64,000 nt of DNA from Firmicutes bacterium UBA4975 (GCA_002397155.1 DGZR01000079.1:873-64872), one strand, 5' to 3'; counted from the stretch's first letter, positions 1 through 9,938 are shown. Numbers and translations are program-made. The notes: generated by a model not told the origin, from the letters alone.

Positions 1-208
1 GATGGGGGTGGGAACCGATATAGCTGCAATAACATATGGGGGTGGATTGCACGAGGAACCTTTGAAAATTATTGCCGGCACAATCTAGCCCACTATGTAC
101 CGCTTGTCACAAACATAGTGTGGAGGTTTTGATTGAAAAGGATGCTAGCCCAGAGGGCATAATTCCGGCCCATTTAATCAAATTCACATTGAAATTGGAG
201 GGGAAAAA

Positions 209-1531
209 ATGCCAGTTTGGATTTCGACATTGATGGTCTTCACAGCCCTGGTCATATCCATATGGATATCGTTTAAGAAGGGAACCAACGGCGGCATCCT
301 GGCTTTTGGCTTTGCAATCCTAATTGCCATTGCAACAAAAACAAATTTCAAAGTATTACTAGCCGGTTTCCCAACAAATGTGGTTATGGCGCTCTTTAGC
401 TTAACCTTTTTCTTTGGTTTTTTAATCGAAAATGGCACAGCCGAATGGCTTGCAAAAAATCTAATGTACGTCACGAAGAAAGTACCCAAATTTATTCCCT
501 ACGTATTCTTTCTCGTTTGTGTCTTGATGGGTGCCTTTGGGGGCCCGAACACTCTTATCTTTTGTATAACGATGGCCATCCCAATCGGCTTAGTCTGTGG
601 TTTGCCCGCATGGGAGATTGGCGTTATTTGTGTACTGGGCGTTAACTGCGGTTCTTACTCGCCGATGAGCACTCACGGGACCATCTCCCGCAATTTTATC
701 GCTTTGGCGAACGACGGTCATTGGGCCGAATCTGCCATGACGATAAACTGGTATATCTTCTTCACTGCGTTAATCGTGTACTTGATTGCAATAACCATTT
801 ACTATATTGGCTTTAAGAATTACAAAATCAAAAATGACGTACTCCAAGCAGTGAGCCAGCCCCCCAAAGCGAGCAGGAATCAATTACTTTGCGCGGCCAC
901 AATGCTCTGGATGATAGCCATGATGGTAATTCCCTTTGTTCTTAACAAAATATTTCCTGATAACACGGTAATCTCGTACATCCTTGGTTACTGTGATATA
1001 ACCCTGCTTGCAACTCTTGGAGCGATTTTCATGGTTCTAATGAAGCTGGGGGACGACAAGGAGATCCTGAAAAAACGCGTGCCCTGGGGGACGATAGTCC
1101 TTATTTTTGGGATGGGTATGCTGATCGGGCTGGCAAGTTCGTTGGGCGTGATGGATTTTCTTACCTCAAAGCTTGAGGCCATGCCCACCTGGTTAATAAC
1201 CCCTGCTTTTGTCTTCTTTGCGGGCTTTATGAGCGTTTTCTCCAGCTCCTTAAGCGTCGTATATCCGACTCTCATCCCAATTGCCAGCGGCATCGCCTTA
1301 GCGAATCCTGCGGTCAATCCCGTCGCCGTGTTTGCCGCAATTGTCATTGGCGCCGCAACCTGTGCCATGTCTCCCATGTCCATGTCGGGGGCAATGGTCA
1401 TGGCCGGAACCACACCCGAACAATGCGACGGCCAAAAGCTATTTAAAAATCTTTTGATCTTCGCTTTTATCACCCTGGCAATACTGGTAGCGCTGGCTTT
1501 CTGTGGGCTATTCGGCCTGTTCTCCATCTAA
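209..1531 (+). CDS. polytopic membrane transporter (ion-transporter superfamily-like permease, substrate unknown)
   Basis: 440 aa ORF, 10-12 hydrophobic helices, RBS ggagggg upstream; no family-specific motif recognised by eye. Confidence 0.5.
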   Translation: MPVWISTLMVFTALVISIWISFKKGTNGGILAFGFAILIAIATKTNFKVLLAGFPTNVVMALFSLTFFFGFLIENGTAEWLAKNLMYVTKKVPKFIPYVFFLVCVLMGAFGGPNTLIFCITMAIPIGLVCGLPAWEIGVICVLGVNCGSYSPMSTHGTISRNFIALANDGHWAESAMTINWYIFFTALIVYLIAITIYYIGFKNYKIKNDVLQAVSQPPKASRNQLLCAATMLWMIAMMVIPFVLNKIFPDNTVISYILGYCDITLLATLGAIFMVLMKLGDDKEILKKRVPWGTIVLIFGMGMLIGLASSLGVMDFLTSKLEAMPTWLITPAFVFFAGFMSVFSSSLSVVYPTLIPIASGIALANPAVNPVAVFAAIVIGAATCAMSPMSMSGAMVMAGTTPEQCDGQKLFKNLLIFAFITLAILVALAFCGLFGLFSI

Positions 1532-1553
1532 AAAAAGACTAGGAGGTAGTAAA

Positions 1554-2552
1554 GTGGGCAAACCTTTTCGAATTGACATCCACCACCACATGTTTCCCGA
1601 TTTTCTACTCAAGGCGTTAAATGAGGTCGGTGTCAGCGAGTCCGGCGGGATTAAGATTGCGAAATGGAGCCTCGAAGACAGCATAAAGATGATGGACCGT
1701 CTCGAGGTCGAGACAGCCATTTTTGCCCTTACCGAACCAGGGATTACTCCCTTTGTTGGTCCTCATCCGGAAAAGGCTAAGGAACTGGCAAGAAAAATCA
1801 ACGAGTACATGGCAGAATTACACGAACGCTACCCCCAACGTTTTGGCGGTTTTGCCATCCTTCCTTTGCCAAATCTTGAAGACGCCATCGAAGAAGCCAT
1901 TTATGCCCTCGATGTACTAAAACTTGACGGTATTGGCCTCCTTTCGAACTACGGTCCCGAATTTCTTGGCGACGACAAGTTTGAGCCCTTATTTGCCGAA
2001 TTAAACAAGCGCAAAGCGGTCGCTTACATCCATCCCAGCACACCGGGCCCTCATTCCTGGCGTCCCCACTATATCCCCATCGACTCTCCCCTGGAATTCA
2101 TGTTTTGCACTACACGGGCCGCGGCAAACCTCATCTTCAGCGGCACCATGGAAAAATTCCAGGACGTCGATTTCATCCTGTCCCACGCTGCGGGCACCCT
2201 GCCATACCTGAAATTCCGGCTCGATGAATTCTGGGTCAAGTATAAACCCGGTCAATCATTTAAAGAAGAAAAGATTACGGAATCTTGGCAATCCCTGACA
2301 ATGCCTCCCAGCGGGTACATGGCGAAGTTCTGGTATGACAACTGTACCGCGACCAGTAAAATTGTTTTTGAAGCGGTCAAGGATATCTGCGGTTACTATC
2401 GGATGATGTATGGTTCCGACTACTGCTTCGCTTCCCCCCTCATCCGGGATAACATGGATGCCGTCCTCAACTCCTATGGTTTCACGGAAGAAGAAAAATA
2501 TCTGATGGATAGGGGCTACGCTGAACAGCTCTTCCCACGCTTTAAGAAATAG
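1554..2552 (+). CDS. amidohydrolase-2 family metal-dependent hydrolase/decarboxylase (TIM-barrel, ACMSD/LigI-like)
   Basis: GTG start 7 nt after AGGAGG; N-terminal motif RIDIHHHMFP typical of PF04909 enzymes; ~330 aa. Confidence 0.65.
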   Translation: MGKPFRIDIHHHMFPDFLLKALNEVGVSESGGIKIAKWSLEDSIKMMDRLEVETAIFALTEPGITPFVGPHPEKAKELARKINEYMAELHERYPQRFGGFAILPLPNLEDAIEEAIYALDVLKLDGIGLLSNYGPEFLGDDKFEPLFAELNKRKAVAYIHPSTPGPHSWRPHYIPIDSPLEFMFCTTRAAANLIFSGTMEKFQDVDFILSHAAGTLPYLKFRLDEFWVKYKPGQSFKEEKITESWQSLTMPPSGYMAKFWYDNCTATSKIVFEAVKDICGYYRMMYGSDYCFASPLIRDNMDAVLNSYGFTEEEKYLMDRGYAEQLFPRFKK

Positions 2553-2565
2553 TCTTTATACGGCG

Positions 2566-2592
2566 CAGGGGAACCCCAGTGGGGTTCCCCTG
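2566..2592. terminator. GC-rich perfect hairpin between convergent genes (putative bidirectional terminator)
   Basis: caggggaacccc-agt-ggggttcccctg, 12 bp stem; flanking tracts are A-rich rather than a clean U-tail. Confidence 0.45.
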
Positions 2593-2609
2593 TAAAAAGA
2601 AAGGCTATA

Positions 2610-3383
2610 TCAGCCATTTTCATCGGCATTGCCCAGGGCTAATGAGATTGCCCGAGCTGTTTTTTGCACATCGGCCACCAGGTTTTCCCGGTTTTCAAGC
2701 ATCCTTGAAGTCGCTCCGGACACGCTTATGGCCGCCACGCATTTATCGTCATAATCGAAGATGGGGGCGGCATAGCAGGTGAGTCCAATTTCACTTTCTT
2801 CCGCATCTTCTCCATAACCCTGGGCTCTTATCTGAGCCAGCCGGGTCCGCAAGGTCGGAACACTGGTAATCGTGCTGGGCGTGAAAACGCAAAACCTGAT
2901 GGTCTTAATGTAGTCGTTCAGAGCCGCTTCCTCAAGGCAGGCCAGCATGACTTTACCGCTCGCCATACAGTAGGCCTCGCTTTCGTTGGCGAAAGGAATG
3001 TTCATCTGCATTGCATAGCTGCTGCTTTCCCGATGAATGAACATCACCTTTCCCACCCGGGTAAGCACCGCCAGGTTTACCGTTTCGTTATATTTGTCCC
3101 GGAGGGCGGCCATGTGTGGGATGCAAGTACGTAAGAGGTATTGTCGGCCTTTGACTAGCGTGCCAAAGCGGGCAAATTTAAGACTGAGGGTATACTTCGA
3201 ATCCTTGTCTTTTTCGACATAGCCGCATTTTTCTAGGGTGTAGAGCATGCGGAAAACACTGGATTTGCCCAGTCCCAGCTCCTTACTCAGTTCCGTCACA
3301 CCTTGTTCTTGATATTTACTGAGGGTATCCAATACTTTGAGTCCGTTTGCCAGAGAACTCATCATGTACCTGTCCTTTTCCAT
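2610..3383 (-). CDS. IclR family transcriptional regulator
   Basis: N-terminal HTH (LKVLDTL..GVTELSKELGLGKSSVFRMLYTLEKCGYV) plus C-terminal effector domain; divergent from the oxidoreductase operon. Confidence 0.8.
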   Translation of the reverse strand: MEKDRYMMSSLANGLKVLDTLSKYQEQGVTELSKELGLGKSSVFRMLYTLEKCGYVEKDKDSKYTLSLKFARFGTLVKGRQYLLRTCIPHMAALRDKYNETVNLAVLTRVGKVMFIHRESSSYAMQMNIPFANESEAYCMASGKVMLACLEEAALNDYIKTIRFCVFTPSTITSVPTLRTRLAQIRAQGYGEDAEESEIGLTCYAAPIFDYDDKCVAAISVSGATSRMLENRENLVADVQKTARAISLALGNADENG

Positions 3384-3522
3384 GTCAAGCCCTTTCCGCG
3401 GCCAGATTGCCACTTTCTTTCTTTATTCTACATTAACAAAGAAGCGGTTTTATTTCAACGGACTGGGTCTATGCCGGTTTTGGACGAGGCTTAAAAATTC
3501 TGTTTATAAAGGAGCAATATCT

Positions 3523-4077
3523 ATGAAAGAAATACGGTTCCATGGGAGGGGTGGGCAGGGTATTGTTCGGGCTGCTCACATCATCGTCCATGCGGTTGTG
3601 GAAAATGGCGGTTATGCACAATTCGTCCCTTTTTTTGGGGTCGAGCGCAAGGGTTCCCCCGTCTATGGTTTTTTGCGGATTAGCGAGGAGGAAATACACC
3701 TAAAAACCCAGGTGTACCGCCCTGAATTGCTGGTAATCCTGGATGAGACCTTGCTGGACGTTCCGGATACCTTTGCCGGATTTTTAAAAGGCGGCACTGT
3801 CCTGGTAAATACAGGGCGAGATCCGGAAGAATTGGTCCTACCGGGCGAGCCCGCTAGAGTGGCGGTTGTCAATTCTACGTTGATCGCGTTGGAGGAGACC
3901 AAGCGGGACATTCCAAACACCGCTATGCTGGGCGCTTTTTGTCGGGTTACCGGCTGGGCGGATTGGCAAATCGTGAAAAAGCTGATTAGCGAAAGTTTTG
4001 GGCCAGAGAATACCGCCGCTGCAGAACGAGCATACAGCCAGGTTAGAATCCAGCACAGGGGGGATATAAATGCGTGA
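3523..4077 (+). CDS. 2-oxoacid:ferredoxin oxidoreductase gamma subunit (POR/VOR family)
   Basis: MKEIRFHGRGGQG N-terminus characteristic of the Por gamma subunit; ATG after AAAGGAG. Confidence 0.8.
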   Translation: MKEIRFHGRGGQGIVRAAHIIVHAVVENGGYAQFVPFFGVERKGSPVYGFLRISEEEIHLKTQVYRPELLVILDETLLDVPDTFAGFLKGGTVLVNTGRDPEELVLPGEPARVAVVNSTLIALEETKRDIPNTAMLGAFCRVTGWADWQIVKKLISESFGPENTAAAERAYSQVRIQHRGDINA

Positions 4078-4342
4078 ACTGAAATTTAAAGCGCCGGTGG
4101 GGAAGGAAGGTCTCTATGTGCTTAACACCTCTACCTGGCGTTCTAAGCGGCCGGTTATGGACAAAGAGAAGTGCGTGGAATGCGGTCTCTGCCTAGTGTA
4201 TTGCCCCGTATTTTCCATAAAGCGCGATGAAAATAAGAGCTACTACATTTGCTACGACTTCTGCAAGGGCTGCGGGCTTTGCGCCAGGGAATGCCCCCAG
4301 GGCGCCATAGCAATGGTTATGGAAGGAGAGGACGTTAAATGA
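4070..4342 (+). CDS. 2-oxoacid:ferredoxin oxidoreductase delta subunit (2x[4Fe-4S] ferredoxin)
   Basis: two CxxCxxCxxxCP motifs (CVECGLCLVYCP, CKGCGLCARECP); 90 aa; overlaps the gamma stop. Confidence 0.8.
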   Translation: MRELKFKAPVGKEGLYVLNTSTWRSKRPVMDKEKCVECGLCLVYCPVFSIKRDENKSYYICYDFCKGCGLCARECPQGAIAMVMEGEDVK

Positions 4343-5538
4343 AAGCGCTGGCAATAACCGGCAATATCTCGGCTGCTCTAGGCTGTTCCCTGGCTAGGCC
4401 GGACTTGATAGCGGCTTACCCAATTACACCCCAGTCTTCGGTGGTCGAACACCTTGCCTTATTGATCGCCGAAGGAAAATTAGACTCCCGAATTGTCCAT
4501 GTGGAATCCGAGCATTCGGCAATGAGTGTTCTCTCCGGCGCCTCTTTGGCAGGGGGCAGGACATTTACGGCAACTTCGTCCCAGGGTCTAGCCTTGATGT
4601 ACGAGCCGTACTTCCGGGTGTCAACTCTGCGTTTACCTGTAATCATGCCCATAGCTTGCCGGGAAATGACTTCACCCTCCTCGATTTGGTGCGGTCAGCA
4701 GGACGCCATGAGCGTACGGGAAGCCGGTTGGATCCAGGTTTATGTGGAAAACAATCAAGAAATCCTCGACATGGTCATTCAAGGTTACAAATTGGCGGAG
4801 GATCCCGACATACTTTTGCCCATGAATATCTGTTACGATGGTTTTTATCTCTCCCACCTGGTTGAAAGGGTGGAGCTGCCGGAACAGAGCCAGGTCGACT
4901 CATTTTTGCCTCCCTTTAAGCAGTACGATGCGAAGCTGGATCCCGACGATCCTATGGCGGTGGACCCGCTGACCGAGGGCAGCATCCTCATGCAGTACAG
5001 GATGTCCCACCTAGCCGCGATGAAACGGGCTTTGACCCGGGTGGAAGAAATTGACCGGGAATACGCCCAGGTGTTTGGTCGCTCTTACGGCGGTTTGGTG
5101 GAGGGTTACCGCATGGAAGATGCCGAGATTGCTTTAGTGACTATCGGCTCGATGACCGGCACTGCTCGTGAAGCAATCGACCAGGCGCGGAGCAATGGGG
5201 TGCGCGCGGGGTTGGTAAAAGTGCGGTTTATGCGTCCTTTCCCCGCAGAAGCCCTACGAAATATCTTAGCCGGAGTGAAAGCCTGGGCAGTTGTCGATCG
5301 CAGCGTGTCTTTTGGCTGGAATTGCGGCCCTCTTTTTGTCGAAACAGAAGCGGCAATCTGCGGCAGCGACCTTGCCAGAAACAGTTCATATTTTTCCGCT
5401 ATCGGCGGCTTGGGCGGAACGGATATCACCCTGGACCTTTTACTGGGTTTGCTAAAGAAAGTAACGGGCAACAAGAGACAAAATGGGAAAATGGAAACCG
5501 TTTGGCTGGACGAAAACTTCCTGGGGAGGGTCGAATGA
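4339..5538 (+). CDS. 2-oxoacid:ferredoxin oxidoreductase alpha subunit
   Basis: 399 aa; N-terminus AITGNxAAALG..AYPITPQS typical of PorA; translationally coupled to the flanking subunits. Confidence 0.8.
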   Translation: MKALAITGNISAALGCSLARPDLIAAYPITPQSSVVEHLALLIAEGKLDSRIVHVESEHSAMSVLSGASLAGGRTFTATSSQGLALMYEPYFRVSTLRLPVIMPIACREMTSPSSIWCGQQDAMSVREAGWIQVYVENNQEILDMVIQGYKLAEDPDILLPMNICYDGFYLSHLVERVELPEQSQVDSFLPPFKQYDAKLDPDDPMAVDPLTEGSILMQYRMSHLAAMKRALTRVEEIDREYAQVFGRSYGGLVEGYRMEDAEIALVTIGSMTGTAREAIDQARSNGVRAGLVKVRFMRPFPAEALRNILAGVKAWAVVDRSVSFGWNCGPLFVETEAAICGSDLARNSSYFSAIGGLGGTDITLDLLLGLLKKVTGNKRQNGKMETVWLDENFLGRVE

Positions 5539-6440
5539 TGAACTATCTAGACGTGCTGAGCACGAAACCCGACATGCTTTCGCCGGGCATATCCACCTGT
5601 GGCGGGTGTGCCATGGAAATCGCTCTCCGGCGGGTATTGCAGATTGCCGGACCTAATACAGTGTTTAGCATCCCCCCGGGTTGCGCCGCCGGCGCCGGGA
5701 CGATGGGCTGGAATTTCACAAACGGGGTCAGGATCCCGGTTCACATTTCACTATTACCCAATATGGGTTCAATGATGACGGGAGTAAGTCAAATGTACCA
5801 GCGCCGAGGACGAGAGGAAGTGAACATCATCGCCTTTGCCGGGGATGGTGCTTCAGCCGACTGTGGTTTTCAAGCATTGTCCGGGGCCGCCGAGCGAGGC
5901 GAGCGCATGCTGTACATTTGCTATGATAATGAGGGCTATATGAACACTGGCTTCCAGCGCAGCTCCACCACTACCATGGGTTCTTTGACCAGCACCACTC
6001 CGGCGGGTTCGGTCACCCATGGTAAGGCCCAGGCCCAAAAACAATTGGCATTTATCATGGCCATGCATCGGGTCGAATATGTTGCCACCCTTTCTCCTGC
6101 TTACATGAAAGATTTTGTCGACAAGGTGGAAAAGGGTCTTGCGGCAAGCAAACGGGGTTTCGCCTTTTTACATGTGTACACTCCCTGCCCAACCGGCTGG
6201 CATTTTGCCCAAGACATGGCCATCCAGGTAGCCCGGGCTGGGGTTAAAGCAAATATTACGCCCTTATTCGAAGTTGAAGGCGGTGTGTGGCGTCAGACCG
6301 TTAAGAACAGCCGTCCGATACCCGTGGCAGAATACGCGAAACTCATGAAGAAGTATGAAGGCATTGACGAGGAAACCTTGGCGAGATGGCAAAAATCTGT
6401 GGATGCTGATGCAGATACATTGGCCAGGTTGACCAAGTAG
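5535..6440 (+). CDS. 2-oxoacid:ferredoxin oxidoreductase beta subunit (TPP-binding)
   Basis: ATGA overlap with the alpha stop; CGGC..GDG-X-DxG TPP/Fe-S region; ~300 aa. Confidence 0.8.
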   Translation: MMNYLDVLSTKPDMLSPGISTCGGCAMEIALRRVLQIAGPNTVFSIPPGCAAGAGTMGWNFTNGVRIPVHISLLPNMGSMMTGVSQMYQRRGREEVNIIAFAGDGASADCGFQALSGAAERGERMLYICYDNEGYMNTGFQRSSTTTMGSLTSTTPAGSVTHGKAQAQKQLAFIMAMHRVEYVATLSPAYMKDFVDKVEKGLAASKRGFAFLHVYTPCPTGWHFAQDMAIQVARAGVKANITPLFEVEGGVWRQTVKNSRPIPVAEYAKLMKKYEGIDEETLARWQKSVDADADTLARLTK

Positions 6441-6451
6441 GAGGGATCCGT

Positions 6452-7519
6452 TTGTCCAGGATGCTAATAGTCAACCTAGGTGGAACGTCTTCAAAAGTGG
6501 CGGTATACCATGAGGAAAATTGCATCTGGGCCGCTACCCTGAACCATTCCCTTGCCGATCTGAAGCCCTACGGGCACTACCTTAACCAGTATGAATACCG
6601 CAAAGAGGCGATTCTAAAGGAGTTTTACCGACGGGGTGAGAGGCTGGAAGACATTGATGCGGTAGTCAGCCGGTGCGGGCCGGTCAAGCCGGTAGCGGGT
6701 GGCACTTACCGGATTGGCGAAAAACTTGTCGCGGATACTCTAGCTGGGACCTATGGCGAGCATCCCAGTACTCTGGGCGTAAAATTCGCTTTCGAGTTAT
6801 CGCGGGAACATGGATTAAAGGCGTACACCGTGGATCCCCCTATAAGCAATGAGATGTGTGAGGAGGCAAAGATAACCGGAATGGCAGGAGTTGAACGCAT
6901 GGCCTCCTTCCAAGCCCTGAACCATCGGGCCACCGCCCGGAAATATTGCCTCGATCGAGGGGTGAACTACGAGGACGTAAATATCATCGTCTGCCACCTG
7001 GGGAGCGGAATAACGATCGCTTCCCACTGCCAGGGTAAGGTCATCGATGTCAATAACGGCTTGACCGGGGACGGTCCTTTCTCCCTAGAGCGGGCCGGTA
7101 CCGTACCCAGCGGGGATCTAATAAAACTATGTTTCAGCGGTAAGCATACGGAACAAGAAATGATGCGGCTAGTAAATGGTCTGGGCGGTCTGGTGGCGCT
7201 GCTGGGAATTACCGACGGCCGGGTTTTGGAGGAAAAGATTGCCTCGGGCGACCGGAGAGTCGCCCTGGTTATCCGGGCGATGGCATACAACATTGCCAAA
7301 GAGATCGGCGCTAACGCCACTGTAATGTGTGGGAAGGTAGACGGAATTGTCCTTACAGGGGGGTTAGCCCACTGGTCACGGCTTGTGGATCTCATTAAAG
7401 AGCGGGTCGAATTTATTGCCCCGATAAGTCTCTACCCCGGGGAAAACGAGTTGGATTCTTTGGCGGCCGGCGCGTACCGGGCTCTGGTGTGCGCGGAAAT
7501 CGCCCGGGAATACCAGTAA
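6452..7519 (+). CDS. buk: butyrate (short/branched-chain fatty acid) kinase
   Basis: 355 aa; N-terminal LIVNLGGTSSKVAVY (ASKHA acetate/butyrate kinase fold). Confidence 0.85.
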   Translation: MSRMLIVNLGGTSSKVAVYHEENCIWAATLNHSLADLKPYGHYLNQYEYRKEAILKEFYRRGERLEDIDAVVSRCGPVKPVAGGTYRIGEKLVADTLAGTYGEHPSTLGVKFAFELSREHGLKAYTVDPPISNEMCEEAKITGMAGVERMASFQALNHRATARKYCLDRGVNYEDVNIIVCHLGSGITIASHCQGKVIDVNNGLTGDGPFSLERAGTVPSGDLIKLCFSGKHTEQEMMRLVNGLGGLVALLGITDGRVLEEKIASGDRRVALVIRAMAYNIAKEIGANATVMCGKVDGIVLTGGLAHWSRLVDLIKERVEFIAPISLYPGENELDSLAAGAYRALVCAEIAREYQ

Positions 7520-7532
7520 AGGGAGTGGTAAA

Positions 7533-8459
7533 ATGAGGATTACTGTGATCGGTGCCGGGGCCATGGGCTCTCTTTACGGAGCAAAACTGGCGCAGGCAGG
7601 CAATGAGGTGACGATGGTCGATGTGGTTCCCGCCGTGGTCGAGGCTATCAGCAGTCGGGGCCTTATCCTTGAAGAGGGTCAAGTCCAGCACAACCTATCG
7701 GTCAAAGCCTGTTTTGGCCAAGAGCTAAAAGAGCCCGCTGAGCTCGTCATTTTATTCACCAAGACGATGCATTCACGTGCCGCTTTAGATAGCGTCAAAG
7801 AAGTGCTTGATAAAAAGACTTGCCTATTGTCTGTGCAGAACGGTCTGGGCAATATCGAACTGATCAGCGAATACCTGCCAATCACTCAAGTGATAGTCGG
7901 CACAACCATGTTCGACAGCTTTTTACTGGGGCCCGGCCATGTGCGCACTAGCAGCAGCGGCCTGATGAGCATCATGTCCGCCGACGGGGTAAAAAACGAC
8001 CGGGTAGTATTGATGAACGAGCTGTTTAATACTGCAGGTCTATCCTGCGCTATCGTGGAAAACATTATGGAAGCCATTTGGGAAAAGGTGGCCTTTAACG
8101 CCGCGACCAATACCCTGGCTGCTTTGACCCGTTTGCCCGACGGCCTTACTATTGGCACCGATGAGACAAGGGAGCTGGCTCAAAAAATCGCCAAAGAGGT
8201 GGTCATGGTTGCCAGAGCCAGCGGCGTAAACGCTTCGGAAGAAAAAGTACTCGGCAAACTGGGAATTACGGTAGCGGAACACGGAAACCACTTTCCCTCA
8301 ATGGGCCAGGATATTTTGCGGAAAAGCCAAACAGAAATTGAGTCGATTAACGGCGCAGTCTACAGAATCGCTCAGACTTTGGGCCTGGAGGTTCCATACA
8401 CCGAAACGATGTACCGCCTAGTGAGGACGATAGAGAAGAACTACGCCAAACAAATGTAA
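7533..8459 (+). CDS. PanE/ApbA-family NAD(P)H 2-oxoacid reductase (annotatable as 2-dehydropantoate 2-reductase; likely a 2-hydroxyacid dehydrogenase)
   Basis: Rossmann N-terminus MRITVIGAGAMGSLYGAKLAQAG; 308 aa; embedded between buk and ptb. Confidence 0.7.
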   Translation: MRITVIGAGAMGSLYGAKLAQAGNEVTMVDVVPAVVEAISSRGLILEEGQVQHNLSVKACFGQELKEPAELVILFTKTMHSRAALDSVKEVLDKKTCLLSVQNGLGNIELISEYLPITQVIVGTTMFDSFLLGPGHVRTSSSGLMSIMSADGVKNDRVVLMNELFNTAGLSCAIVENIMEAIWEKVAFNAATNTLAALTRLPDGLTIGTDETRELAQKIAKEVVMVARASGVNASEEKVLGKLGITVAEHGNHFPSMGQDILRKSQTEIESINGAVYRIAQTLGLEVPYTETMYRLVRTIEKNYAKQM

Positions 8460-8476
8460 AGGCGGGGGAGAAGAGA

Positions 8477-9379
8477 ATGTATACAACCATCCAGGAAGTC
8501 ATTGAGGCTGCTAAAGCACGCTCCGGGGACAAAGTGGTAGCGCTAGCCTCGGCCCACGATAAAGACCTCCTTGTCTGCGCTGCTGAAGCGCGGGAAATAG
8601 GACTTTGCCGGTTCGTGCTCATCGGAGATAAAGGAAAAATCAACTTTTTTCTAAAGGAAATTGGTCAGTGCGAGCAGGATTGGGATATTGTTGATGAGAA
8701 AGACGCGGAAAAAGCAGCTAGCCTAGCAGTCGGGATGGTTCGCCAAGGGCAGGCCCACATGCCAATGAAGGGTATCTTACCCACTGCCGTCTTTATGCGG
8801 GAGATTCTCAATAAGGAAAGGGGCCTGCTCGATCCCGGGTCCTATGTTTCTGCAGTGACAATCGCCGAGTTACCAAGGGAAGGGCGTCTCATGTTGGTAA
8901 GCGATCAGGCCATGTCCATTGCTCCGGATTACAAAGACAAAGTAAAGATTACCCAGAACGCCGTTAAGCTTGCGCACGACCTCGGTTTTGCCTGCCCAAA
9001 AATCGCTTTTTTGGCCCCGGTTGAAAGCGTCAATCCCGCCATTCAGTCCTGTGTCGAAGCGGCAATGCTGGCGAAAGCTGCTGACCGCGGTCAGTTTGGC
9101 GCCTGCATCGGCGAGGGTCCCCTGGCGCTGGATGTGGCGGTTTCTGCCGAAGCGGCTCGAATCAAAGGTCTAAAGCGGCGATATGATGGACCGGCTGATA
9201 TTCTGATTGTCCCGGATCTAAATTCCGGTAACATTTTGGACAAGGCTATGCGCTACCTGGCCCATTTGAAAACCGGCAGTATGCTCTTGGGGCCCAGGGT
9301 ACCGGTAATCGCTACCTCAAGATCTGATACTCCAGAAACTAAGCTAGCTTCAATTGCTTTTGCCCTCGTAAGTGTTTAG
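8477..9379 (+). CDS. ptb: phosphate butyryltransferase (phosphate acyltransferase family)
   Basis: 300 aa; similarity pattern to Pta/Ptb (ASAHDKDLLVCAAEA...); operon partner of buk. Confidence 0.8.
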   Translation: MYTTIQEVIEAAKARSGDKVVALASAHDKDLLVCAAEAREIGLCRFVLIGDKGKINFFLKEIGQCEQDWDIVDEKDAEKAASLAVGMVRQGQAHMPMKGILPTAVFMREILNKERGLLDPGSYVSAVTIAELPREGRLMLVSDQAMSIAPDYKDKVKITQNAVKLAHDLGFACPKIAFLAPVESVNPAIQSCVEAAMLAKAADRGQFGACIGEGPLALDVAVSAEAARIKGLKRRYDGPADILIVPDLNSGNILDKAMRYLAHLKTGSMLLGPRVPVIATSRSDTPETKLASIAFALVSV

Positions 9380-9761
9380 GCTGTAGCTGGGCACGGATCT
9401 GATCGATTAGTAAACTCTGGCACAATCGGCCCATAGCCTTTTTCCAATTGGGCATTGAAAAAGCCCTTGGCCAGAACAATTTTCTATGCTAAAGGACGCT
9501 GGGACAGCGTTCTTTTTCATTTACGGCGGTTCATTAAAGGAGCCGGGAAGTCTCCTCGCGAATTACACAGGGTATGGTACAAATTTTAGTGTAACGGCGT
9601 GCGAGCTATACTCAAGGTGGCCTAGGGTAAATGCTTTCCACCCTCCCTACCCGCGTGTCAGCCCTCAAGCCGGGATTAAACCTTCCGTAAATTGTTCGAG
9701 TTCAGATAGAAGGGTGACCAGAAAAAAAGACGATGATTATAAAGAGCCTCGAGTTCACTTT

Positions 9762-9777
9762 TGGCACTATAAATGCA
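9762..9777 (+). promoter_or_regulatory. candidate sigma-54 (-24/-12) promoter, distal, weaker
   Basis: TGGCAC-tataa-ATGCA; GG and GC spaced exactly 10 nt apart; one mismatch to TTGCA. Confidence 0.35.
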
Positions 9778-9922
9778 GGGGTTCTTTTTCTTGCACTTTA
9801 AACAACCCGATGAAGGGATGTGAAGTAAAGATAGTGGACATCCGTTAAAATATTTGACGCTGCAGTATGCTGTCAGTCCGTAAAAAGCCCGGTAAACCGT
9901 TACTCTTAGTCTTTAGCATTCG

Positions 9923-9938
9923 TGGCATAAGTTTTGCA
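9923..9938 (+). promoter_or_regulatory. sigma-54 (-24/-12) promoter, proximal, for the transporter-aldolase operon
   Basis: TGGCAT-aagtt-TTGCA, near-perfect match to TGGCAC-N5-TTGCA; about 90 nt upstream of the ATG at 10031; sigma-54 EBP encoded at 14080. Confidence 0.6.

Noticed and set aside
9486-9848. 120 aa + strand ORF inside the 650 bp leader
   Set aside because: It has no ribosome-binding site and odd amino-acid composition. It overlaps the distal sigma-54 promoter match and has no recognisable family features, so I treat it as non-coding.
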